Shown in pieces: positions 1-9,833 of a DNA stretch of 48,217 bases. How positions within the stretch are numbered: the stretch's first letter is position 1; each line of letters opens with the position of its first letter. The stretch spans positions 807,309 to 855,525 of the forward strand of contig NW_018404455.1 of NCBI RefSeq assembly GCF_002113885.1, in the 5' to 3' direction. Origin of the DNA: Mizuhopecten yessoensis. Taxonomy: Eukaryota. Position numbers and translations under genes: made by a program. Below the pieces are notes generated by a model that searched no databases, was not told the DNA's origin, and saw nothing but the letters and a program-made list of their open reading frames with translations.

Positions 1-280
1 AGTGTATGCATGTTTGGGTTGATGTACACATGTAACTGTAACACTATGTATTACGACAAAATGTATACGTTTTTTGTCTATGAAAAAATAAAAATAAATA
101 AAAAATGCACATTCGTTAACAGAGAATTTAGTAATTTAAATCATAAGAATATCTTTTTGACAAAATGTTCACGTTTCAATTTGATAATAAAAACAATACG
201 AAATGATGGTTAACATTTTAATACATACTCAAGTTGCTGTCTCAGAAGTCTCCACATAAATGAATAAAAAATGATAGTCG

Positions 281-573
281 TTATGGTTTTATAAAGCCAC
301 TCTCTACACGACACATAGATTGAATTATTTCATCAATCTTTTTACTTCGCCACAGTTTTTTCAGCTCCATTTTCCGCCGACATGGACATGAAACATTAGA
401 AATATAATAGTTTCTCATTTTTTCTTGAACTTTCCATCGATTCACTTCTTCTACAAAATGTCTTACCACATCATTCAAACGAAGGCATCGTTGATGTGCG
501 ATACAAGTGAAAAGTATACACAAGATTAAATAAAGAGACCATTTTCTCAATACTTGACTGTATATCCTCCATG
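281..573 (-). pseudogene. Frameshifted small ORF of the cluster, function unknown
   Basis: ATG at 573 gives MEDIQSSIEKMVSLFNLV...; a second frame (ORF 281-550) continues CIAHQRCLRLNDVVRHFVEEVNRWKVQEKMR... Confidence 0.3.
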
Positions 574-627
574 TTAGGTAAAAAGCCTCAGTCTGGCAAT
601 GTCTGCTTTTTTAATCTATACATGTAA

Positions 628-1023
628 CTATCTAATGTTCTTACTGAAATGTTGTTTCACATACTCCTCACAGCGGAAACGTTCATCTTCCATTAAATGT
701 TGTAACACGTGTGAAGGAATACAGGACTGAATAGTAAATTCACGCCACAGTTTCTCCACTTCTAAATGACTGACTGCTGACGAGGCTTCTTCGAAATATA
801 GATTTATAATATCATCACTATCAAACATTACACAGTTGTGTCCTTGCTGGTTAGCTTGACCTTCCATACATCCTCTACAGACAAAAAGTTCAAATATGAC
901 ATCTTTAACGTTCAATACATAGGCTAGACACAATAGATTTTTCGCAATTTTCCGGTAGGCTTTTTCCTCGATATGATATCTCATATAAGAATCAAGACTT
1001 TCTTCAAGTATGTCAGCATTCAT
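628..1023 (-). CDS. 131-aa hypothetical protein with a C-x2-C...NQ..H-x-C putative Zn-binding motif
   Basis: Open frame MNADILEESLD...CRGCMEGQANQQGHNCVM...KNIR*; its ATG overlaps the stop of the upstream BIR ORF. Confidence 0.5.
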   Translation of the reverse strand: MNADILEESLDSYMRYHIEEKAYRKIAKNLLCLAYVLNVKDVIFELFVCRGCMEGQANQQGHNCVMFDSDDIINLYFEEASSAVSHLEVEKLWREFTIQSCIPSHVLQHLMEDERFRCEEYVKQHFSKNIR

Positions 1024-1323
1024 TTTGGTAATATCATTTGTAAGTATACACAATCTTTCGACCACTTTTAATGTTCGATTTCTACACAATCTGAGAATGC
1101 CCACGAGGTCAAATGTACTCCACGCATGAAACAGATAACTTTATCACTTTGTCCAGAATAAAAAAAAAGGTCCGTTACATCCAAGTTGGTATGGAGTCTG
1201 ACGTACTTGTTGTGGCCAGTCCTTAAACGTTTGTATCTGATCCTCACATTTAATCATTGACTGATATTCTGGTCGAATATTGTATGAAGTTTGACGTACA
1301 CAATCTGTTGTAATATCTGACAT
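1020..1323 (-). pseudogene. Single-BIR-domain IAP-like pseudogene
   Basis: MSDITTDC...EDQIQTFKDWPQQVRQTPYQLGCNGPFF/(frameshift in the T-run ~1160-1168)/YSGQSDKVICFMRGVHLTSWAFSDCVEIEH*KWSKDCVYLQMILPK*. Matches the BIR consensus RxxTFxxWP...GFFYxGxxDxVxCFxC...W...D...EHxxWSxxC, with a frameshift, an internal stop and C->R. Confidence 0.8.
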
Positions 1324-1324
1324 G

Positions 1325-1505
1325 TCAATTTCCGTGTATTAAGGCACAAACACACTGTAAGCTTTCCGATAGAAACAGTATGTTTTTAAAATAGTCTCCT
1401 GTTATTTGTATACTCTTTCCATCTTCTTTTAAACATACATATAGCTCACCTTTGACTTTTTTCACGATGACTTGTTGTGTAATACCGAGGCGGCAGTTAG
1501 TGGAG
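1325..1505 (-). pseudogene. ORF remnant with weak PC4-like resemblance
   Basis: ...CRLGITQQVIVKKVKGELYVCLKEDGKSIQITGDYFKNILFLSESLQCVCALIHGN*; in-frame stop upstream; similarity judged by eye only. Confidence 0.3.
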
Positions 1506-1821
1506 ACTTATGATGTCTTCCTTGTATATATGTACACAATGTAGACTCTATGTCGGCTTTACCGTGGACATGTCCAGTCTTGCAATAGATAAAAAAAAAG
1601 GGAGGTAGCGCCTTACGCCTACATGCTGTGACTTGTGACTTGTTTATGGTTGAGGTTTATTTTTAGAATGGACTGTTGTAAATGCACCAGTCTTTTTAAG
1701 GGTATACATTCCAAAGCATCATGGCTATTTTTAACTCGATGCGTGTCCAGTCTTGCCTACACACATTCCTTCTACCACCCTTTTATTGCATCATACATTC
1801 CTTTTACCTCCCCTTTATTGC

Positions 1822-2707
1822 GTCAATGAATTTGTTGAAAGATCATCCAAATGTTATTTGTATAAATTCCTGATAGAAAGCTTTACGTTACAATTGTATC
1901 TAACAAAGTCTATTCCAGATGCGTATCTTAAACTTATTTCAAAATTACGACTTTCATCGGATCATTTATATTTAGAAGAAGGTCGGTATCGTAATATTCC
2001 GAGGGCGAATAGGATATGTCGTTATTGTAATCAAAACCAGGTAGAGGACGAGTTCCATGTTGTTCTGATTTGTCCACTCCATGTTGATATTCGCAAAAAG
2101 TTAATTAAAACGTATTACTGGAGTCATATAAGCTTATCCAGCTGCTATCTGTACGTAACAGAACAGGGCTGCGTAATCTAGGAAAGTATCTGCAATCAAG
2201 TTGGTCAGAACGGTCTCGATTCCAACCTAAGGTTATTGTGTTTTTCTCACTCTGTCTGTCTGTCTGATTGATAACATATGAGTACTTGTTTATTTCCAGG
2301 TTTACACATATTGTTTTGGTCATCCCCCGACTACACCACTGTCTACAAATTGTTTGCCTGTTTTTTGTTTTTGTAATTAACATATTCTTTATTGAGCCCC
2401 AGTTGATATTATGCTAAGACAATGTTGTCACCTCATCTGTTTTCCGATAGTCACGGTACACTTAGGTAAGGTAATTTCACAAGAGCTGGCCATCTTCCGA
2501 TAATTTATTGATCTTGTACTTTATAATAATTGAAAGAATTATACTGTCTATTTATAAGTAATATATATATATATGCGATGTACAAGATTATGCTTCATTC
2601 ATGATGTTATAATTATTTGATATTTTATATCACTGATGTGTCTGTGTATGCTTATGAGCCGCTATAATGCTTCAAGTTGAATAAACAATACAACAATACA
2701 ATACAAC
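1822..2707 (+). mobile_element. 5'-truncated non-LTR retrotransposon 3' end (RTE-X-like) with (CAATA)n tail
   Basis: SSKCYLYK...LQLYL...ISKLRLSSDHLYLEEGRY...RICRYC...EDEFHVVLICP (ORF2 C-terminal CCHC region); AATAAA followed by a caata repeat tail at ~2680-2706. Confidence 0.8.
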
Positions 2708-2848
2708 TGACACACCTGGCCCCTGCCTCGCCTAAATTAATTACTAATCCGAGCCAGCCGGTATACCGATTNAACAATACAACAATACAATACAACTGAC
2801 ACACCTCGCCTAAATTAATTACTAATCCGAGCCAGCCGGTATACCGAT

Positions 2849-3200
2849 TTGAGGTTTCTCTTGTGCAACCAATTTCTATTATGCATACTTAACACAGTCA
2901 TTATAATGCATATTTCAACCCTACTTGGCTCTTTACATACGTAAAATAAAGAATCCCCCCCAGGAGAACCACTGAAAACCCCCACCAATCAGACGGCAGT
3001 ATTCACGCACGTGAACAGACCCGAAGCCATGCTTCCCACTTCATAATTCCAAAGCCCAATAAGCTGAGAGCCAAGGAGACAAGGGAAGGATGGGATGGAA
3101 CTCACCTAATGACTGTGGTAAGTAATTATAATAGAAATTGGTTTCACAAGAGAAACCTCAATTCTATTTCAAAATACGTTATCACAGCCATTATAATGCG
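2849..3200. repeat. DIRS internal complementary region (ICR ~3111-3200) and right terminal repeat/extension (~2849-2915)
   Basis: ttgaggtttctcttgtgcaaccaatttctattat (2849-2882) is the reverse complement, with 2 mismatches, of ataatagaaattggtttcacaagagaaacctcaa (3128-3161). cacagtcattataatgc (2893) recurs as cacagccattataatgc (3183). Confidence 0.8.
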
Positions 3201-4045
3201 AATTCCATGGAGCGATGAAGGGTTCCAACATTAGGACCCATACCCCAAGAGGAAAAATGCAAAATATCTTTTCTTTTGAGATACAGAGCCTGATTACGAC
3301 CAGCGTTCCGGATCACGCGGTAGAAGACATAATGAGGCTCATGCAAAAAAGAGGGAGGACAGACAACGGACTGGGCAGCCACAAGAGGGCCCAAAGAATA
3401 CAACCTGTCAGACTGTCCCGACAAAGATCTTAGAATTCCCCCTCCAAAAACAGCAGCTGTCATGACTTCAGCGTAAGAAGGACCATTAAATAAGGCCCAC
3501 GAAGTAACTAAAGCGCGAACCTCATGAGTCCTTACCCCTGACACCCGCAAGGACTGATCCCCTGCCGACTCATACGCAGCTCGAACAGTCTGAACACTCC
3601 AGCGCGAGATGGTCGCCGCAGAGATATCGGAGCGACCGGGCTGGAGAGACTGCAACAGCCGAGACGAGTGCTAAATTCCACCTAGGGACCAATTGCCTTG
3701 AACGAGGCTTCTCAATATAGAAGCCCCTAATGAGAGCAGACAATGAAGCGTCCGAACCCACAGACTTGCTACCATAGAAAGCCAGCACACTAGCAATGGC
3801 TGAACGATAGCCCGCAATAGTTCCCGGAGACAGGCCTTTGTCCTGGAACAGAAACAAAAGAAAGTCTGCTACAACGGGAACAGAGGCAGAGACTGGATCA
3901 ATTGACCATCCGACACACCAATCACCGAAGGCGGACCATCGAGATTGGTAGACGGCGAAAGACGAAGTTCTCAGTGATCCTACGATGCGAGTTGCAACTT
4001 CTCGAGAAAAGCCCGTCTGAGTAAGCCATCCCGATATAGCATTTA
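3191..4045 (-). pseudogene. DIRS tyrosine recombinase, frameshifted and internally deleted
   Basis: YQSRWSAFGDWC...VADFLLFLF...TIAGYRSAI...PRWNL joined directly to ATISRW...RTHEVRA...SWA; the segment expected to carry the first catalytic Arg is absent. Confidence 0.85.
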
Positions 4046-4049
4046 ACCG

Positions 4050-5702
4050 TGAAGGTGGAACCGTTCTGGTCCCGAGTGGAACTGCCGGGACCTCGGTTGA
4101 GACAGCACATCCCACAGGGGTGGGATGCTGCGTGGGAAGTCCACCGAAAGCCGAAGCAACAGGAAACCAAGGTTGTCGAGGCCAGAGCGGTGCAACCAGC
4201 GACACAGTAAAAGGGTGTGGAAGAAACTTCTCTAACAACCTGCCCACCAGATTGAAGGGAGGAAACGCATACCCGATCAGTCCTGGGATAGAGCATCCAC
4301 CGCCATGGCCATAGGATCTAGAACTGGAGACACAAACGTAGGGAGTCGAAAGTTCAGGGCCATGGCGAACAGATCCACATGGGGTCTGTCCCAAACCAGG
4401 CAAAGAGACCGAGACAGAGTATCGGCCAGAACATTCAGACGACCTGGAAGATGCCTCACCGTGAGATCGAGACTGATCCCCTGACACAGCAACAGGACCT
4501 GGGTGGATAAAGCACACAGAGCCGGGGAACGGGTGCCCCCTGGCGCGGTGGAGTTGTCTCAGACAAATGGCCTTGCCTTGCAGGGAGGGTCGAAGGCCCC
4601 GAAGGGCCTACAGAACAGCCCGCATCTCTAGAAAATTGATGTGTTCTGAAAGCTTCTCCACCGACCACACCCCTGCCGACGTCTGACCGCAAAGGTATGC
4701 ACCCCAACCGGTCATGGACGCGTCGGTGTAAAAGGGTCATAGAAGAAGATGCCTGTGCCAGAGAAACTCCTGCCAAGACATTGCTCTCGAGAGTCCACCA
4801 CGGAGCTGATTCCTTCACCGACTCCGGCAATGGAAGTACACATCGCACTGCTGAGACGCCGGAGACCAAACTGACAGAAGGAACAGTTAGAGCGGACGGA
4901 TGTGAAGCCGACACAAGGGAACCACATCCGCCAGTGAATTCAGGTAACCGAGGAACCGAAGGAACCATCGAACCTGAATCCGCTCCACACCGACCAGAAC
5001 GGAGACCAACAGAGAAGCCTTCTCGAACTTGGACGCTGGCGGAAGGACCAATCCCAGATCGGTTCTGAACCGATAACTGAGGAAAACAAAAACCTGGGAG
5101 GGGAAAACCTCAGACTTCTCCCTAGAAGGAATGAACCCTAGGCGGCACATAACGCCAAGAACCGACCTGAAAGTAAGCATCGATGGACGTATCCAACATC
5201 CCCGGACGCACTGACGCATTGATGTGTCGTGGCGTTTTCATCTGGAAGTGCAGAGAATCGACGCACGTGTTGAACGTACTGAGGTCGATAATAGGCCTCC
5301 AGGCATCGGACTTCTTCTTCACGAGGAAGACACGGGAATAAAACCCTAGAGAATACCATCCGGTGAAAGTTCCTCGATCGCGCCCTTCGCAATTCTGACC
5401 TGAACCTCCGAACTGAGAGCCTCCACCTTTCCCGGATCGAAATGAGAAAGGGAAAAGATAGGCTCTCGCGCCAGAGGTGGATATTGAAGATACGGGATGC
5501 AGAGACCCGTGGACACAACCCCTAGGACCCAACTGTCTGGTGTGATTTCCTTCCACTGAGGAACGAAATGGGACAGCCGACCGCCGACTGGCAAGTCCGG
5601 AAGGGGCCAATCTAGCCATTTCAAAACCACATCGGCGAAGCCTTCTGCGCACATGGGCGTGGGAGCGGCGACAGACAGTAGACAAGGAGTTACCAAGGGC
5701 AA
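4050..5702 (-). pseudogene. DIRS RT-RNaseH-DNA adenine methyltransferase ORF, fragmented
   Basis: PVGGRLSHF..W, WRPIIDL, DAYF, then a jump to LGF..SREKS (YLDD region missing); RNase H and DLFA/FPPF methylase motifs lie in shifted frames. Confidence 0.85.
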
Positions 5703-7187
5703 GGAAGAGTCTTTGCCCTGACCCCTATGGGAACCCCTACCGCGGAAGGAAGATTTCCGCCTGATCTCCTACGCCTGGAGGAACCAGAAGCCTGCCTCTT
5801 CCTGCCAGCGCCCTTGCCCGCAGAACTGTGGCGTGCATCCTCAGACGCAAACGGGTCAATTCTTATCTCAGATTGCACTAAGTATATATGTCTCTAAGTA
5901 AATGTCTTTTTAGTTTTGGACATATAACTTTATTAGTCTCCGAACTTGAATATTGACATAGATATTACGATGCTCTCGCGACTACTGTAATGCATTACGT
6001 AAACAAACCAATGAATATCAATAGATACATTTCTATTTGGTTGAATGTTTCAGTCTTAGGTGATACAGGTTTCATAATCGTTATGCAAATGTTTACACCG
6101 TGCGAGAGATACTCAGAAACCTCAACGAATATGAAAATGAAATTAGCCCTTCTGTCATTCAAGTTTTCCTTCAAGTCTGATACGTCTTACGACTGTTGAG
6201 CCAATAAAAACAATATCTCTGCAACTGGTCACCGTTCATTAGCAGGCGGGTTCCCCAATAATTGAAATTCAACTATCACTGGACGGTGAGAAAATTCACC
6301 TTAGGCGATTATCTAATTAGATTGACACTTACATAAGCGGGACCAGATTACACACCGTAAGCGAGGATAAGTGGTACACTCCCTAACCTTTTGGAAGGTA
6401 AAATTCAAGCAACAATTGCTGGTCTCTGAAGCAAAAATACGTCTAGATTTTCTGGATTGAACGTAAGGAGGAGAAAAAGCTATGGCATATAATGTTCTTA
6501 AATATGGGAAAACAAACGAAAATTAAACCACGTCGTACAATGCAAATAAAAAAAGGGGTATGATAGGGAATTTAAACGTAAAATAATAACCCATGTTTTT
6601 ACATACACCACATAATTGATTCAAATGTCCCTGTGTAACATAATTGATTCAGATGTCCCTGTGTAACATAATTCTTCACGTGTCCACATGCAGTAGTGCT
6701 TACGTTTGAAAATGCCCTAACAGAATATTTTGCACTTTTGAAGTATTCATCGATGTATTCCGTTTCACACCTTCTGGTTTAAAATTGCCTTGTATGATAT
6801 CACTGTCATCTATGAAAGGTTTACTCAGTTGGAGCATTTATCATTCAGAAAAAAATTAATGAATTTCTAGGCACTCTTCCGACAGTATCTATACTATACA
6901 CTAAGTTTGATCACGGACTTAGATAGCAATCTAATTCCGTGGTTTGATAACGCGTGATGGTGATATGGAATTATGGAATAAGACATGCACATCTGTAAAA
7001 CTGGAATTTATCCTATTAAAGTTAAAACAAAACCCTGATAGTCTGGCCAAATCCTTAAAACTCTCTGGTAATGAATTGGCATTTAACAAGACTGCGTATT
7101 TAACCGGACAAACAAAAATTGAACGATTACCCGGTAATTTCGGCTTTTGCTATATTATTTAATTTCAAATTGACTGTTATCCATTAA

Positions 7188-8275
7188 GGTTCAGCAAGCC
7201 CCCTAAAAGAGGTAATAGTCACCCTAAATTTCAACCCCCTGGCAAGTCATATTCAAATATTCTTATCACAAATCGGAATATATATATGTAATTTAAATAC
7301 ATTGAACTTGTACATGAGCTATTAAAAAGGTATATTACCAGGTCAACGAAGTCAAAAATACGGCATTAAGGCTGATGTAATGATAAAAGTTGCTCAACAG
7401 ATTTATAATATGTCAATCTCCTAAGTGACCCAACTGAATGTTTCGAAATTACATGTTATTTGAAGATCATTTATATACCTAGGTCAAGCGGGGCTTTATT
7501 TCTCTTTAACTATGTGTGGAGAGGCATACCGGCCTCACAAGTAAATGATTGTTGCTATGGGAATGTACAAAAATCATTGTAAAACGTCAGAGTAACATAT
7601 TTTAACGGTATATATGTGTATAACCATAGACATTTGACCATAAATACTACTTAAACTTCATATAAAATGTCCTTCCTTAACATTCAATATTGTAATAAAA
7701 GAGCTAGACTTGTTGTAAACATTATTGTACTTTTCAGCTTCAATGTTTATAACATGTCTAGCGCATTCATATAATCACATAATGTTATCAAATGGCACAT
7801 CATCTCAAGTTCATTTATCGATCAAGGTTACTTAGCCATTGTTTTCTTATTTAAAATTTGCTAAAATGTATTACCAGGAGATTTTATTATGATTTTAGTG
7901 ATTTCGCATGGCAACATCTATCTTTATTTGTGGTCGGAATTCCTCTCAACAGTTAGTAGAAGAGAAATAAAGCTCCGCATGACCTAGGTATATAAATAAA
8001 CTTTAGATTATGAGTCATTTCCCAGCACTCAGTAGGGTTGCAAAAGAGATTGACATGTTTTAAGTCCGGTGAACTATTTGTATAAAGACATCAGCCTTAA
8101 TGCCTTTTTTGACTACGTTAACCTGGCTATGTAGTTTTTGTATGGCCAATGTACAACTTCAATATATATAAATAACATATTTGAGTTCCGATTTGTAATT
8201 GAGGTCTTTGAACATGACTTACCAGGGGGTTGGAATTTTAGTTGACTACGTCATCTTTTGGGGGCTTGTTGAACT
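7188..8275. mobile_element. Non-autonomous long-TIR DNA transposon, Kolobok-like
   Basis: TTAA on both sides (7184-7187, 8276-8279); GG...CT (RR...YY) termini; imperfect inverted arms of ~400 bp or more (ggttcagcaagccccc / gggggcttgttgaact; ggcattaaggctgatgt; tatatacctaggtca); no ORF. Confidence 0.8.
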
Positions 8276-9107
8276 TTAAACAATCATTCTTTTGATCTTA
8301 TGGCTTCCATATTTTGTTCTTATTTTAAATTGTGAAAGCTGCGCTGGCAATATTAAGAGTGAGTATCGAACAATACACTTAGATTGTTTCAGCTTAAAAT
8401 GATACGAATTGATATGTGCACAAGCTTATATTGATACGTTTTATTTGCCAGCACCTCACCGATATATCTTTGCTCATACCTCACCGAAGACCCGGTCATC
8501 GTCCGTCTCGGAGTATCGTTAGTTTATACCGAATTCATAAAAGAACATAGATATAATAATATGTACAACCCTAACATGTATTGGATGCTTTGTGAAATCG
8601 TCAAGTGGAGGTACGTTCATCATTATTTCAGCAACAAACAGCCTATCTATCACTCGGCGAAACAATTCACAGACAATTAATTAATTATTTGTCTCTGATA
8701 TGGGCAAGAACCCATAGATATGGAATAAATACGTATAATATGTAAACAAATATGCAAATGTGTATTTATTTAGTTAACATTATTTATCAGCTACTGCTAG
8801 TTTATCGTAGCTAGCCCTTATAGATGACAACGGAAATATCGATTAGAATAGTTTATCTTCTCGGATCGTTTCTTCCATCTCGTTTTCAATCATTCCTCGC
8901 ATTTCGATCTGCCTAATTTCAATCCATTCCGTTCCTGTGAGAAAAGCATGTTTCGTTCCGTTCTATTTGCGTTTTGTTCCAAACAGTGAAATTATTTTCG
9001 TTCCGTTCCGTTAATGCCATGTTTTCATTCCGTTTTCATTCCGTTCTTGTCGCGTTTTCATTGCGTTTCATACCATTCCGTTTGTCAACTGAAACGCTGA
9101 CACCCCT

Positions 9108-9601
9108 GTACCTGTCCATTTGTTTTCTTTTAAGATATAAGAAAATCACAATGAACTTTTCAACACCTGGGATATTTTTACAAATCCTGAAGTTACGTCA
9201 ATAACCGAAATACTTTCTACCGACATAAAGTTGAAAACCACGCACGGGAAAATAGAAAATATCCCGAGAGAATAGTTATTAAGTGTACAGTCCAAAATAG
9301 CATAAACAATGAGGTGTGCCGGTATGGTAGCATTCACAAGCCTTAAAGTTCAATTGATATAAAACATGCATGGATACGGTTGTTTAGTATGCCGCTAGGT
9401 ATTCTCGATAGATGGTATCTAGTGATATTTGACACAAACATATTTGATAATACACAGAACGGCAGTAGGTTTCTACAAAAACAAAAGATATTTTAAATGT
9501 ATTACCTGTTCATTTGTTTTCTTTTAATCTATAAGTAAATCTCAGTGAACTTGTTAACCCCTGGGATATTTTTCAAGTTCTGAATTTATGTCAACAACCG
9601 A
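9108..9601 (+). repeat. Imperfect ~100-bp direct repeat upstream of the secreted-protein gene
   Basis: tacctgtccatttgttttcttttaa...cctgggatattttt...gtcaataaccga (9108-9208) vs tacctgttcatttgttttcttttaa...cctgggatattttt...gtcaacaaccga (9503-9601). Confidence 0.75.
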
Positions 9602-9646
9602 TTATATATGATCACAAGTTTAAACTTTGTGAACTGAAAAGGGCAG

Positions 9647-9685
9647 TATAAAAAGGAAGCCCAGCCGCACTTTTTATAGACAGTC
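9647..9685 (+). promoter_or_regulatory. TATA box and Inr-like site
   Basis: TATAAAAAG at 9647-9655; CAGTC ~34 nt after its start (9681); ATG at 9738. Confidence 0.6.
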
Positions 9686-9737
9686 TTTTAGTGTACCACA
9701 TTCACGTACAATCTATTGTTTTCCGTTCAAAAGAAGT

Positions 9738-9833
9738 ATGAAGGGAACAAACCTGCCTCTTGCAGTCCTGCTGTTTACAACATCTGTCCTACTTGCTAAA
9801 GTCAAGTCGTCTGCGATCGGACAGAGGAGTATC
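9738..9833 (+). CDS. Secreted-protein exon 1 (signal peptide)
   Basis: Basic N-terminus, hydrophobic core LPLAVLLFTTSVLLA, donor GTAAGT at 9834, phase 0. Confidence 0.8.

Larger units (their letters stand above)
281..1510 (-). mobile_element. Decayed compact cluster of co-oriented intronless ORFs, probable Polinton/Maverick-like or other DNA-virus remnant
   Basis: Four short minus-strand ORFs or remnants. Three are packed head to tail: TGA 1327-1325, ATG 1323 after a 1-nt gap, then an ATGA stop/start overlap at 1023-1020. Contains a BIR domain and a CxxC...HxC protein. No hallmark polymerase, integrase or capsid gene in the window. Confidence 0.5.
2849..5878 (-). mobile_element. DIRS1-like tyrosine-recombinase retrotransposon, degenerate, 5'-truncated, with internal deletions
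   Basis: GC-rich island. Minus-strand order: gag end, RT (GFYSRVFLVKKKSDAWRPIIDLS), RNase H (HINFLE, RHLPGRLNVLADTLSR), methyltransferase (VDLFA, YAFPPF), YR (YRSAI, PRWNL, HEVRA), then ICR and right terminus. Confidence 0.92.

Noticed and set aside
3215-5068. Plus-strand ORFs within the DIRS element
   Set aside because: Antisense shadows of GC-rich DIRS coding sequence with no recognisable motifs.
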